Counted from the stretch's first letter, positions 22,158 to 36,500 are shown. The stretch: 64,000 nucleotides of DNA from Sporopachydermia quercuum (GCA_001599295.1 BCGN01000002.1:868001-932000), one strand, 5' to 3'. The notes: generated by a model not told the origin, from the sequence alone. Translations and numbers: made by a program.

Positions 22158-23233
22158 ATGACGGTATCTTCTCCTATTAGATTGCTGGTTCTACCAGTGA
22201 GCAACAAGAAGTGGCTCATCTACTGTCAAAAGGCTCCAGCCGTAATGGCAAGAAAGTCTCCATCATTGGAGGACAGGTTGGTTAAGAGAGCTTCTACAAC
22301 CTGGACCTCTTGGGTATGTTTATTTGATTTATTCGTAGTTTGTTACTAAAGTTATTTAGTATATCTTCTTATGCTAACAAAAGCTATAGGAAAAACAAGA
22401 AACGGGCTATAAGAGAAAAATCGTTGAGTGGGGAAATAAGTTGTTTGAAAGAATTCCATATGAAGAATGGGGCTTAAGAACAATTCCTTCTAAATCAGCA
22501 ATTCTAAGATCTGTGAAAAACCTGAATACGATAACATCAGATGATCCAGAGCACAAGATCGATGGGAAGGTTGCTGTGACTCATCAACAAATTCAGCAAA
22601 AACAGTTATCTAATGAGGATATCGATAACATTACGGCTTTATACCCTGAACGAATGTTTTCTCCAGCTTCACTAAAAAGCGAACTACACACATTTGCTGT
22701 CAAATCAGTGGAGTCTCACAAAAAGAATTTGTTGTTTTGTTTGATTGGAATACCGTTGACCTTACCTATTGCCCTGATACCGGTAGTACCTAACCTTCCA
22801 TGTATGTGAATAATGTTTGCTAGATGACCCTTAAATGAAAAGATTGAAATTTAACCTTAGCAATATTTTTATAATGACACTAACAGCTCAAATAGGTTTC
22901 TATTTAATGTACCGAAGTTGGTGTAATTGGAAAGCTATGCAAGGGGCATCTCATTTGACATATTTGGTAAAGGAGAATCATCTTGATTATTTGCCATCCC
23001 CAATTTTAACAGATCTGTATAAAAGAACCGAAGATAAATTCATTTTAAATGCAGTTCAAAGGTATACCGATCTTAATGGTGCTGGTGTACTAGCTGACGA
23101 GAAAGAAGAACTAATATTAGATGATGCTTTGATCGATGAGATAACATTACACGCTGACGCTGAGGAGTTGCATACTGAGCTTCATAGGGCTTTGAAGCAA
23201 GTCAAGAATAAAATAGAAAAAGCAACAGATTGA
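22158..23233 (+). CDS. Mitochondrial K+/H+ exchange-related protein (Mit_KHE1/YDL183C family), 3 exons, 301 aa
   Basis: Exons 22158-22313, 22390-22801, 22896-23233. Introns GTATGT..GCTAAC..TAG and GTATGT..CACTAAC..TAG. Splicing restores RIPYEEWGL..IP and PLTLP.ALIPVVPNLPCFYL.YR.W. Confidence 0.88.
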
Positions 23234-23864
23234 TTTTGAGTTCAAGTATCTTCTATTGATTTTATGTTGTAAATAGTTTAATAAAAAAAATTCATCGTTT
23301 ATTTAAAATGGTCCTTAGAAACATCAATTTGCTTTTATCAGTACTTTTAGGATTGAAAGATGTGTCACAAAAGAAATTCATGACATGTATCAAAAAGTGT
23401 GTGACATTNTCTTACATGATACCAACTTTGGTACTCTACTCCTTTTATCCTTCTAGGACATATGATTTCGGTAACTCAAGTAATCAAAAATTAGTATTAA
23501 AAATTGTGAAGTCTTATAATGAGTTCAAAAATGAGTTATATTTCAAGTAAATTAGAATAAGAATAAGGTAGAATGCTAAATGATAGATTGAGTATCGATA
23601 AGTCATGAGTTAAAAAGATAAGGTCTCTTCTATGTCTGACATCGTGGACATTAGTATTGGGACGTTTAAGACCTTCTCAATAATAGGTTTCAGATAATCC
23701 TGTTCCTATTCTGCTTTATCAACTAACATAGTGAACAATTGCGACCAGTTCTTCAATCTTTTGCAGTTAAGCATTATAAATGAGACATTTATGAGAAGAA
23801 AGATCATTAGTTTGTTGTCTAAAAGTTTGGACTTTTTTTTTTTTTAACCAATACGCATTTCATC

Positions 23865-24641
23865 ATGGAGCCTCCTTCGCTTCCCCCTAAACCTCACATT
23901 GATTCTAGTCAATCAACATCACCGAATAGAGATTTGACGCCAGAATATAACCCAACAAGGGGAAATAACAGCCAGCTTCAATCTCCTTTATCGAGAGTAG
24001 AAAATTTAACCTTGCCATCGCACGCAAAGATTGAGCCTGTACCATTANCAAGTACCATATCGAATTTACCATTGAGATCATTAACAGAATTTGCTCAATC
24101 TAAACAACTGCTTATTGGCTATATAAATAGCCTTCCTGGATCAAATGCTATTACAAAAAGTCAGTCACAAGAAATAGAAATATTGGTTAAACGTCTGAAT
24201 GATCTTTGGATAGAAAGTGTATCAACCCGCATTCCTCATTTACATCAGAAAATAAATGAACAGCTTCAGGTTTTGCGAGAAAAAGAAAAAGAATGGCAAA
24301 ATACAGAAAAGGATATGTATGCAGGTTTAAAAAAGTTCACTCCTCATTATATATTAGCAAGACTTAAAAAAGCTGTGNCAGAGGCTGAAGCTATGTGTAA
24401 TGCCTTAGCTGAGACATGGCTAGAAGGGCCTAGCACTTCAAGTAACAGAATCAATGGCAGCAATTTAAATTTATCCAGTGACAACAATGGTTTCGATAGA
24501 GATCAAGGAATAAGTCTTAATGATGAAACAGACTTAGTACAGTTCATAAAAGCTTACCGATCAGAGAGGAAATTATATCATTTGCGGAAGGAACACCGCG
24601 ATAAGTGGGAAGAAAACATTGGCGATACTAGAGGATACTGA
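23865..24641 (+). CDS. VPS37: ESCRT-I subunit Vps37 (Mod(r) domain)
   Basis: Pro-rich N-terminus, coiled coil, C-terminal FIKAYRSERKLYHLRKE. Confidence 0.8.
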   Translation: MEPPSLPPKPHIDSSQSTSPNRDLTPEYNPTRGNNSQLQSPLSRVENLTLPSHAKIEPVPLXSTISNLPLRSLTEFAQSKQLLIGYINSLPGSNAITKSQSQEIEILVKRLNDLWIESVSTRIPHLHQKINEQLQVLREKEKEWQNTEKDMYAGLKKFTPHYILARLKKAVXEAEAMCNALAETWLEGPSTSSNRINGSNLNLSSDNNGFDRDQGISLNDETDLVQFIKAYRSERKLYHLRKEHRDKWEENIGDTRGY

Positions 24642-25503
24642 CTATGATCCCCACGAATTCTGAGTTTTGGCAATTTTATTTGATGCAAAATTGTATTGAG
24701 TACGGGTGTTATTCTTAGGAAATTCATAACCATCATGTTCGGAACTGTTCAGTTATGTGATGTTGTATTTATTGTAGTCAGTCTGTTTTCTGGTGATTAA
24801 GAATACGGCAAGTCTAGGTGCTAATGACATCTGCTGATTGTAGTCAAAAGTACGTAAAGCACTATCAGACATTTCATGTAATCTATTAAAACATCTTATT
24901 GATTAATTATGCCATCATTTTATTATCCTTGAAATAGAGCAGTATTCAGTTTGTACTATCAGCTTAATATCAGCTCTATCTATNTATGATAACCAATTTC
25001 GGAAATAACAAAGCATGTTCTCCGATGTTGAACTTATCATAGATAGATATTTACGTAATCATAAACAATTATCCACTTTGTGTTCCATTACTGGCATTGA
25101 TCACTTTTTCCCCTTTCGAGCAGATCGTCAATATGACTAACGNTAGAACCATCAATTAATTTATGAGTTATAAAGCTATTTATGAATATATATCTCAAGA
25201 AGTACTTTGGTAGAAAACATTTACTCTATGACGATTCGGTAGAATTGCATCTATTAATGCTATCAAGCTTATTCAATAAACAAATGCTTCGCTAGAATTG
25301 AACTGTGTATTATTTTACTAATTGCTTACCTCTTGCGTACCTTATTCAGTAGTATCGACGAACGAATCCTCAAGAAACATAGCTNTTTGACCTCAAAAAT
25401 CGGATAGTCTGAANCGTANTAAAGAGCGTTTCGAAGCAGGCTTCTTATATAGAAATAGATTAAACAGGAGAAATATAAGTTATGATATAAAATACAACTA
25501 AGA

Positions 25504-26719
25504 ATGATAGAAGACAGACATGAATCACCGAGTGGCGGTGATACAGACAAAATCTCTGATCGTGAATTATCTTCTTCTGCTGGGCCATCTGAAGTAATGA
25601 ATGAGGAGGAAGTTTGGCAAAAAGTAAAAGATGTAATAACGGCACCGTTGCAAGTAAAGGAAAATCACAGGGAACGAATGGTTCATAGATTAAAGGCTCA
25701 ACCAATTCCAATATGGGTATTAGATAAACTAGCACCTATAGATACAGGATCTGACAGTAATAGCATAGTTTCCAGCGAAAGTTCTGAAGATGGCAATATT
25801 ATCAATAATGATGGAGAAAAAGACATCGAGAGAGGTATGGATAGTTCTGGATCTAAGTTTAATGAAGATGTATTGATAAATGATACCAAGTTTGAATCGT
25901 GGGAACTGTTTATGGATATGGTTCGACAAAGAAACACTTATTTGAATCAAACTACTTTAAATGTTGACGAATTACCTCAAATCAAGGAAGATCATTGGAG
26001 CGCATTGGAATGGAAAAATTTGAGTAGATTAGAAAAATTCATACTTCAAACAAAGAACTTTTTCAGCTTGAGGGATGATCGGAAATCCAGAATAGAAAAC
26101 GCTCTCCTAAGTAATCCATTCGTTCCTTTTACTATTCGAACGATAACATTCTGTTTTACCGTAATTGCTCTAGGTTTGGCATGTGAGATTTTTGTTCGAT
26201 CTAAATCGCATTCTGACGTCAGACTGAGGCAGCAACCATCAACAATAATGGGTATTGTTGTTCAATCGGTTGCTACAGTCTACCTAGTTTACATTACTCA
26301 TGATGAGTATAAAGGAAAACCAATTGGACTGCGGAAAGTTTCCAATAGAATGTTGATAAGTGAGTTACTCTTTGTTTTGTTGGGTTGTGTAGTATTGGAA
26401 GGCATCTCTATCTGCATTGTGTTTCTAACGAATATTCCTAGTCTTATTGGATCTATTATTTGTTATATTGGCTGGTATGGACGCGGCTCTTACTGTTAAC
26501 ACTATATACATGTCCAATTGGGTCTGCCGAACTCGTTCGGATGCGGAAGACTTTTTTAACTCTGCGTTGGTTAAGCTTGTTGATGTGCAGATCTGCAATA
26601 AACAGAAGGCTTTGGCATTGTTTTTATTTTTGGCAATGACCATGTGGATTTTCGGCTTCACTGTTAGTATGTTTAGACTGGTGAAAAAAGTTGCTGGTCC
26701 TGGGGGTAAATATTATTGA
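25504..26719 (+). CDS. SRF1: Regulator of phospholipase D Srf1, 2 exons, 377 aa
   Basis: Exons 25504-26359 and 26442-26719; intron GTGAGT..TTCTAAC..TAG. Motifs NP.VP...R, QQPSTIM.I.VQ, DEY.GKP.GLR, ILLDLLF. Confidence 0.85.
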
Positions 26720-27873
26720 TGTTCTCAACTCTCATACTCATACTGAAGATGTTCATGATGTTCAAACAGAATCAATAATGAGCNCGGTAGTCGCACCTGT
26801 TAATTAGGGTACAACTGGATGTTTCAATCCATAGGCTGATGAGAAATGAGGATATCGATAATGATATGTATATTAGTATAAAACCTTCTTATGAAAAACT
26901 GTGATGTGTATCTGATTCCTCACAACTTCTGTAATCGAATACATTAGCAGTATTAACTGCTATCGATTCATACGATTTTTGGACCCATATCTCAAAAAGG
27001 AAATCTATTTCAGCTCTTAGTGAGAGGTTCAGTAGAAAAATTCATTGTTTTTTCATACATAGTTTCGCTCTCACTTTTTCTTAGCATTTAATTGATCTTG
27101 TCCTGGTGATACTTCTTCTTATCGGTCCTCAATTAAGTTTGAGCGAATCTGCAGTGTATGCATTGAACTACTCAGATGCATATTTTTGNATTGCATTTTT
27201 CCAGTACCTATTTAGAGACAGGCCAAAATTTGGGTGTAAGTTTAGTTCTCCTTGATTTAAGGCAAAGTTAACTGAATAATCTGAGGCAAGGAAGGAAGAC
27301 TTCATACGTAATTATAGAATGTGAAACGAAAAGAAGGAAATTGAATCAAATGAATTTCATTAATTAATCATAGATTTTGAATATAACGTAGTATCTTTAT
27401 AGTGGTTCTTTGGAAGAATTGGAATTGAACAGTGAAAACAATTGATTGAGTATTCATTTGTTTGTTTACTCCGTTTTGTTGTTAATTGGTACGACAGAGA
27501 AGGGTATCTTACAGAAACATATAAGGAAGATAATAGATACAAGTAATGTTATACAAGAAAACAAGAAAGAGTTTGAGACTATAAATTGGGTTAATTGTTG
27601 GGATTTGATTGTTGGGATTTGATTATTGGTATTAGATCCAATAGTAAGAGTGTGTTTATTTGAAAGACTGCGAGAAGCTTGATCGAAGCAAACTGATTGT
27701 CTTCTTGTTATAGGTGAAAGATTGACCAACAACACTGGTTAAATAAATTGAAAATAAAGGCAAAGAGTGTTTCACTAAGTCTGCAACGACTGAAGATCGG
27801 GAAAGTTGAGCTTTTCCTCGTTGTCGTAGAAGAGTTTTATAATTGAGGGGAATAATAGATAGTCAATTTAATA

Positions 27874-30582
27874 ATGGAAGTTTCTGCTAGACCTGATGAT
27901 GTTGATGCTACGTATGTTGAATTATTGATTTACTTCTTAAGGGGAATTGATTCATTTTTAGAAGAGCTAAGTATCAGCCCATACGTTTTGATATCTCTAT
28001 TTTCCCTCTCCCTCAAAATGCTGTCATTTAAATGTTGGAGTTATATTGATTACTAACGCTTCCTTATATCATAGATGGGCAAAAGTTCAACCAGGTGTGG
28101 AATCTCTTATTGCAAAGGATTTAGATAAAGATGGAGGACTAACCCCTCAAATGGTACGTTTCCTCTCTTATTCATGAGTTTTCTATCAAATAGAATAACG
28201 TGGTACTTGCAACTCCCTGTTCCTTATTTTTGAAATGTCTTACTAACTATTCTCTTTCTAGTATATTGAGGTTTACTCGTATGTACTTATCATAATCCAG
28301 TAAACGAGTTGTATACAGTGTTTGAACTATTCTAACATAATATCAGAGCTATTTATAAATACTGCATTTCGAAAAAAGTTACTTCAGTCCGCGGATCAAA
28401 ATCTCAAGCAGTTGGTGTTCATCCAATTGGTTCTGAGTTGTATACTTTGTTATCAAAGTTCTTAGTTAATCATTTGGAAAATTTATTGGCAACTAAAGAA
28501 GAATCAGAATCTTTTCTAAAATTTTATGTTAAAAGTTGGAGTAGATATACATTAGGTGCTGGCTATTTGAATCATGTATTTGACTACCTCAATCGTTACT
28601 GGTTGAAGAAAGAAAGGGATTCGAATAAAGAGTCTGTTTATGATATCAATACTCTTTGTTTGGTTATCTGGAGACAAGTCATATTTACACCTAAGTTAGA
28701 AATACTGGTGAGTGAGATTTTAGATGAAATTAGAAAGCAAAGAGATGGAGAAGATGTTAATAAAACTGAGATATCTGAAGCTATCAAATCCTTCATTACA
28801 TTAGGGCTGAATAGCTTTGATTCTAAGAAAATAGATTTGACAATTTATATTGAACATTTCCAGATTCCTTTCATTGCTGCTTCAAAAGAATATTTCCGCA
28901 AAGAATCTGCTGAATTTTTGTCGAAGAATAGTGTTGTTGATTATATGCGGAAAGCAGAAACTCGTTTACTTGAAGAAAAAGCTCGATCTGATTTATACTT
29001 ACATTCACATTCAGAATATCAATTAATGAGAGCTGTAGAAGAGTCATTGATTTCTGATCATCTTAAATTGATGTTAGAGGAATTTGAAGTTTTATTGGAT
29101 AGAGATCAGTTCTCACATTTGCATAGAATGTATATGTTATTCTCTCGAATACCTTCTGCAGTAGGAGTACTGGGAAAGATTTTTGAAGATTATGTTATTC
29201 GTCAGGGAACATCTGCCATTGAGATACTTCAAGCTGATCATTTAAGGCAAGTTGAATCAGAAGCAGGTGATCATTCTGATAAGGCCCACAGTGATGCTAC
29301 TGCACCAGGTAAAAATACTAAATCGAATAATGCAACATCTGTTGATCCTGCATTGTATATTAAAACATTATTACAAGTACATAATAAATATGCAAAAGTT
29401 GTGGCAGATGCTTTTGAAAATGATAACGAGTTTCAAAAACGAATTGACAATGCTTGTACTGCTTTCATTAGCAAGAACGTTATTGCTAACTCAGGAAGAA
29501 GTGGTACATCAAGAACTCCCGAATTACTTGCTAAATACAGTGATTCATTGCTGAGAAAGAAGAATAAGAATGCTGGAGACTCGGATGATTTACTTGATGA
29601 CGTGATGGTGATCTTTCCATATATTGATGACAAATCTGCTTTTGAGTCTTATTATAGAAGATATCTTGCTAAACGCTTGATCAACAATTTGTCTGTTTCA
29701 GAAGAAGCAGAAGACTATTTGGTTAACAAATTAACGCACGCATGTGGTATTGAATATACTAATAAACTACAAAGAATGTTTTTAGATATGCATGCCTCAG
29801 AGGAACTAAGGGAACAATTCAGAAAACTAACAATGGATGATGAAGATTCAATTGATTTCTCGATTTTGGTATTATCGGAGAACATGTGGCCAATGTCAAA
29901 GACTATCACCCAGTTTAGACTACCTGAAGAGCTGAAGAAAACTTATAACAAGTTAGGAGAATTATATGGACAGAATCATAGTGGGAGAAAATTATCATGG
30001 CTATGGACACATTGTAAAGGTGAAATGAAAGCAAATATTTCTAAAACGAGTAAAGTGTCACATATACTTCAAGTTTCCGTATTTCAAATGGCTATATTGT
30101 TACCATTCAATGACCGTGATTCATTTTCATTTGAAGAAATGAGAGTTATTACTGGGTTAGAAGCTGAGTATCTGAGTGGTTCATTAGTGAGCTTAGTGAA
30201 ATCAAAGTTATTACTAGCTAAACCAAGCAAATTGGATGAAATCTCTAACCCAAGTACTGTTTTCACACTCAATTCTGATTTCAAGTACAAGAAAGTGAGA
30301 GTTAATTTGAATGTACCTTTGAAGATTGAACAGAAACAAGATGATGATGAAACGAAGAAAGAGATCGAAGAAGATCGTAAATTATTCTTACAAGCAACTA
30401 TTGTTAGAGTTATGAAAGCTCGAAAAGTGTTGAAACATTTAGCATTACTTAATGAAGTTATTTCAATTTCTCATTCACGTTTCAATGCCAAGGTTTCTGA
30501 NATTAAGAAATGTATTGATCTATTGATTGAGAAAGATTATTTACGAAGAGTTGAGAATGATACTTATGAGTATGTGGCTTGA
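27874..30582 (+). CDS. CDC53: Cullin 1 (SCF scaffold), 4 exons, 789 aa
   Basis: Exons 27874-27911, 28075-28153, 28262-28278, 28347-30582. Cullin motifs F.YLNRYW, PELLAKYSD, HSGRKL.WL, and the neddylation motif IVRVMKARK. Confidence 0.93.
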
Positions 30583-31393
30583 TGCATAATAAGTGATGAT
30601 ACTTCAATAAGAGATAATTAACCTAATGATTCTAATAAAAATTCTTGATTTATCGGGCGGTTATAAAATGTAGTATGTTTATTGTGAAACTAACAGCTGA
30701 TTGCATTAATTTATTGTTTGAAATTCGCCTTTCCTCAAGCTACGCCAATTGAATTGCTAGTAATCGTTGCATTATCATCACTACTGGGTGGGTAATTATT
30801 TACCTTGCATGGGCTATAGATCACCGGTAGTCTCTTAAAACATGCGTATCAATTCTCATTTCCAAAAATCTGAAAATTAGGTAAGGGCTTTTTGTTATCA
30901 ACAAATCAATACTTTGATAATGTATTTGTATTTTCTTCTGCAATTTCGTTTTAATTCATAATTACAGTTCTAAGTCGGNCAATATATATCCTTTTCCCTT
31001 TATTCAATTGACTTAACCTTTCCTCACAGTTTCTAATGGAAAAGTCCCAATATCCCAATACAATGATCATTAATTTTTTACTGCAATTGGTGCATTGGAC
31101 CTGCATACACTCTATTTCCCTTGAGCAAACTGAGCAGTTTTCAGATATATCTGATTTCTATTATCTGAGCCGAAGAAAAATTTATGTCTCAGTTTTAACA
31201 TATTGAATGCTTTTCAATGGATTCGCGCATTGGTATTTAGTGATTCTAGATATATCACTGGGGACTGCATAATATTCATTATTCAGTTACCCCACTTTAA
31301 AATCATCTCAATGCATCTTCATGCAGTACTTGCAAACTTTACATATTATTCATCCTAACTAGAATGGGAAGCTGGAAATGAACCCAAATTCGC

Positions 31394-31400
31394 TGACTCA
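31394..31400. promoter_or_regulatory. Gcn4 site TGACTCA upstream of homocitrate synthase
   Basis: Perfect TGACTCA about 170 bp upstream of the ATG of an amino-acid biosynthesis gene. Confidence 0.65.
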
Positions 31401-31569
31401 CACAAGTTTTTTCTTTCTTGCTATTCGCTACTATGNCCTATCATTCTAGAAAGTATGAAGGAAAGTAGTGCTGTGAATGTTTAGTCAAAACTACCCTTAG
31501 TTGATTTGGTCTATAAATGACAAATATTTCATTTGCGAAATTAGATTAGCTGAGATAATAACGGTCAAA

Positions 31570-32964
31570 ATGGCTGGAAGTGAAAACGGAACTGATGGTG
31601 GTACCTCTACCACTCCGGGTAGTAATGGAAAAGAAGAATATCAAAAAGTTTATGAAGAAGGACATAAGAGCAATCCTTATGGAGCAAATCCACAAGATTT
31701 CTTATCAAATGTTTCAAGGTTTCAATTGATTGAATCTACATTAAGAGAAGGAGAACAGTTTGCCAATGCTTTTTTCAGTACTGAAAAGAAGATTGAGATT
31801 GCTAAGGCATTAGATGATTTCGGAGTTGATTATATTGAATTAACGTCACCAGCGGCTTCTGAACAATCTAAGAGAGATTGTGAAGCAATTTGTAAACTCG
31901 GATTGAAAGCCAAGATTCTCACGCATATCAGATGTCATATGGATGATGCAAGATTAGCTGTTGAGACTGGTGTTGATGGTGTTGATGTTGTTATTGGCAC
32001 GTCACAATTTCTACGTCAATATTCACATGGTAAGGATATGAATTACATTACAAAATCAGCAGTTGAAGTTATCGAATACGTCAAATCCCACAATATCGAA
32101 ATTAGATTTTCATCCGAAGATTCTTTCCGAAGTGACTTAGTTGATTTGTTGAATATTTATAAGACTGTTGATAAGATTGGTGTTAATAGAGTCGGTATTG
32201 CTGACACCGTTGGCTGTGCTAATCCAAGACAAGTTTATGAACTGGTTAGAACCCTTAAATCAGTTGTTTCTTGCGATATTGAATGTCATTTCCATAATGA
32301 TACCGGTTGCGCTATCGCTAATGCTTATACTGCTTTAGAAGCTGGTGCATCTCTTATAGATGTTTCAGTTTTAGGTATTGGTGAAAGAAACGGTATCACA
32401 CCTTTAGGTGGGTTAATGGCACGTATGATCGCTGCTGATAGAGAGTACGTTTTATCTAAATACAAACTTCATAAACTAAGAGATTTGGAAATTTTGGTTG
32501 CCGATGCTGTTCAAGTCAATATTCCTTTTAACAATCCTATTACCGGATTCTGCGCTTTCACTCATAAAGCTGGTATTCATGCTAAAGCTATTTTAGCTAA
32601 TCCTTCAACCTATGAAATCCTAAGTCCGGCCGATTTTGGCTTGTCTAGATATATTCACTTTGCTAATAGACTCACTGGCTGGAATGCTATTAAATCTAGA
32701 GTGGACCAGCTAAATCTTCATTTGACCGACGACCAAGTTAAAGAAGTAACAGTTAAGATTAAGAAGTTAGGTGATATTAGACCTCTCAACATTGATGATG
32801 TTGATTCCATTATCAAGGAATTCCATGCTGAAATCAATACACCTGCTCTTAATCCTGCTTCTGTTGCATCTGGAATCGAGAGAGTTGGCTCTCCTTTAAA
32901 CATTGAGGAAAGGCCAGCTAAGAAATCCAAGCTTTCTGAAGAAACCAAGGCTGAAGATCTTTAA
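31570..32964 (+). CDS. LYS21: Homocitrate synthase
   Basis: [48 protein letters not shown]-terminal NLS-like RPAKKSK. ATG at 31570. Confidence 0.97.
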   Translation: MAGSENGTDGGTSTTPGSNGKEEYQKVYEEGHKSNPYGANPQDFLSNVSRFQLIESTLREGEQFANAFFSTEKKIEIAKALDDFGVDYIELTSPAASEQSKRDCEAICKLGLKAKILTHIRCHMDDARLAVETGVDGVDVVIGTSQFLRQYSHGKDMNYITKSAVEVIEYVKSHNIEIRFSSEDSFRSDLVDLLNIYKTVDKIGVNRVGIADTVGCANPRQVYELVRTLKSVVSCDIECHFHNDTGCAIANAYTALEAGASLIDVSVLGIGERNGITPLGGLMARMIAADREYVLSKYKLHKLRDLEILVADAVQVNIPFNNPITGFCAFTHKAGIHAKAILANPSTYEILSPADFGLSRYIHFANRLTGWNAIKSRVDQLNLHLTDDQVKEVTVKIKKLGDIRPLNIDDVDSIIKEFHAEINTPALNPASVASGIERVGSPLNIEERPAKKSKLSEETKAEDL

Positions 32965-33589
32965 ATTATTTCCAATTTTTGATTTAGGTTTTTGATGCAG
33001 GATTTTCTAGCCAAGTAGGAATGCTCTTCTTCCTACAATCTCAACTACTAGTAATGTACTTGACTGAATATTCCTATAATAGTTATTAAATACTAAGTAT
33101 CAATTCTAGGTATACGATTCCAGTTAACATAATGTTATTTATAATTTATTATATCTATAACTAATTTTATGTTTTCCTTCTCTGCATCCTACAATAAATT
33201 CTGCAGTTTTATAACAATAATGTGGTATCATATTCGTATTTTGTCAATTGTTAAGAATGTTAGTATTATTTATTCACTGTGCTTTCTCACTTTCATCATT
33301 TGTAGTCTTATCTATTTTTCAGACCCTATTGATGATCACCTACCAGACTCCCCTATACTTCCAGGGCCTTGTTTCATCGTAAGGGTTTTGATACGGTTCA
33401 GACCCTCATCTCAATGATAGTTTACATTTCTCATCTAACTCACTTTGCTAATCCAGACAATATATACCAATCTTTCTGTTAATTTTTATGAATTATTCTT
33501 TGTTTTATTAGGCAAATGATTAATGTTTTTTTCAATAAAGAATTAGTTACTGTAGATTTATTATGAAAATGAATGAATGATTGTCAGAA

Positions 33590-36500
33590 ATGGTAACTAT
33601 TTTGGAAGAGCAGGTACGAATGTTTTATGATGGTACTATTTCTATGAGAAAGGTAGATAGCAGTAGTAGGTATATATATAATTGATAAGATATCATTGCT
33701 AACATGATATAGACCAAAATTTTACAGGAATCTACAGAAATTATAAATGATACTTCTAGATTGATGCCACTGGGTACTTTGGTATCAACAAATGTACCAA
33801 GGTTAACTGTTCAAGGTGTCCCAGCATCTGATGGCTTTCTATGGTTAGATTATGCTCAATTAAGAAGCTTTGGCATATTGTCAGATGTATTTAAGTCAGT
33901 TGCATTCTTGACAAGGCTATTGTACATCAGATTTACATACAAGCTTGTTCCGCTATGGATCAGAAGTGCAAACAAGCAAGGGAAAGTGAAATACATGAAC
34001 AGTCATATAATGTTCATAAGAGTCTATGTTGTACCATTTGATATAGAAGGAGCTAGGTTCATTTCGCAGTTTAGAGAACTACAAACTAATCAGAAAGAAA
34101 ACCCTAGACAACAATTTTTATATCAAAAACACTTCACAGTTCTCCTTAGTTCAATATGTTTCTCCAAAGAAATTTGGGATGGTAATTTGAATGTTTTACA
34201 AGAGTTAATAAGAAAAGGTGATGCTCAGATTATTAGTATGACTAAAGGAGAGAATTCAACAACTGAGGTTAAAAACGAGATCAAGGAGAATTGTACTAAA
34301 TCAACGGATTTTTACTTGCAACATATGTTAACTGAATTGACATCCTTTACTTTTGAGCATTTCACTTTATCAGATGTTTACAGTCACCTAAAGTCACCTG
34401 AGTTTTCATTTCTATCAGCTTACAGGAAAAATAATCTAAACGATTTCAGATTTGATTATATTTCCATGGCATTAGAAGGAAGTATATCGGGTATATCGAC
34501 AACATTATATAGATATCAATGTGAATCAGTTGCTAAAATGGTGGAGAAAGAGTTATTTGTTTCAAGATCAGTAGTTCCCCATATGATTGAAGTGCATCCC
34601 CATGATAGAGAAAACAGTTACTATTTTGATACTATAACAGGAAGGTTTTACAATCAACCAGAACTATACATTTTACCTCAAGGTGGAATTCTTGCCGAAA
34701 ATATGGGTTTGGGTAAGACATTGATTTGTTTAGCATTAATTTGTTTAACCAAGCATCAGCATCCCCGTTTGCCTGGCTCAAGATATATTGTGGTAAGATC
34801 ACATAGAAGAATGCAATCATTGGGCCGTTATTGTTGTAGAACAATCATAAAAAATTATATTCCTTGGGAATGCTATGCAAATCAATTACCAAGTAAATGG
34901 GTGGATGTTTTGAACAATTCGTTGGGACATTTCCGTATTTCCTCAGTTCAAGATCAGGATCTTGATGGGAGGAAAACTCGCTTACAAAGAAGACGAAAAG
35001 AAGATGATTCCTATTCATCTTTTGCGTTTTCTNGTATAAAATTATTGCTATCCAAAGCGACGTTGATTATTGTTCCTGATATTCTATGTTTACAGTGGAA
35101 ATCAGAAATTGAAAAACATATCAAGCCAGGATATTTGTCAGTTTTCAATCCATCAAATAAAGCTTTAACACCTTTACCATCGGCAGCCGATCTTGTAAAA
35201 TATGATATAATTTTGTTAACGCATACAAGGTTTGGTAAAGAGAAACAAATCATTGATCAAGAAGGATTTTATGCTTCATCTCTTACAGGCATTTATTGGA
35301 AGCGATTAATTATTGATGAAGGACATAGTCTTCAAGCTAAGAATACTCGAGTAGTGTCATTTACCAAAGATTTATATGCTGAAAGAAGATGGGCAGTTAC
35401 AGGAACTCCTACTGTGGGTTTGACAAGATTACATGTTGATGCTGTTATACAAGACAATGAGTCATCAAATGCCATTAACGGCAATAGAAAGAGTAGTAGA
35501 ATTAGAAGGAATACGAGCAAATCAAATACAAGTAATCTAGAAAAGAAAGAAAACTTCAACAATGGCAGTAGCAAAATTAGTATTGGTGATAATAATGAGA
35601 AGCACAGTAAATATACAGTAACCAAACAGTTTGATGAAGGCGAAGATTTAGCTAGAATTGGTAACGTTGTTATGAACTTTTTTGAAATCGAACCATGGGC
35701 TTCTGATACTAAACTATGGTCAAAAAATATCATCAAACCCTTTTTACAAGAATCACAAGGTAGTAGAATTCAACTACAAAAATTATTATCACAGTTGGTC
35801 GTTAGGCATACTCAAAATGATGTTCAGCATGATTTTCATTTGCCTACTTTACATTACAAAGTTGTATTCCTGAAATCTTCATTTTATAATCAATTGACAA
35901 TTAATCTGTTTGTTGCTGTATTGGCTGTCAATGCTATTTCATCTGATCGTATTGGTCAAGATTATATGTTTCATAATAGTAATAAAGCACAGCTTAGAAA
36001 ATTAATCTCTAATCTTCAAAGAAGTACTTTTTACTGGACTGGTTTTGATATTGAAACATTACGGATTCTATTAGAGACTACAGACAAATGTTTGTCTAAA
36101 GAACAAACACCTGAAGATATGGAAACTTTGTTGAAAACTCGCTATTGGGTAGAACTTGCATTAGGTAGTGATACTTATAAAGCAATAGTCACCACGCATG
36201 AGATGGGTTACTCAACTTGCAAGTTTTCAAACACAATTCAGAATGCGTTTGCTTTATCGAGAAATGTCTTTGGTGGTGAGCAACTGAAAACTGTCAAAAA
36301 GTTTTATTCTAGAAATTTTAGTTTGATGAAACTTGGTAATTCAGCAATCATGAGAAACAAACTGCAGGAAACATCTAAAGAGTTTTGGCAATATTATCAG
36401 CATTCCATTGAAACAAAAGTTAAGGGAGTTNCACAAGAATCAGTAGAAGGAAAAGCTAATAAATTGGAAATTGGACAAAGAAAGAGGAAAATTAATCAAA

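Noticed and set aside
24639..24647. TGA CTA readthrough context at the VPS37 stop
   Set aside because: A second TGA follows immediately, and the two-residue extension does not form a canonical PTS1.
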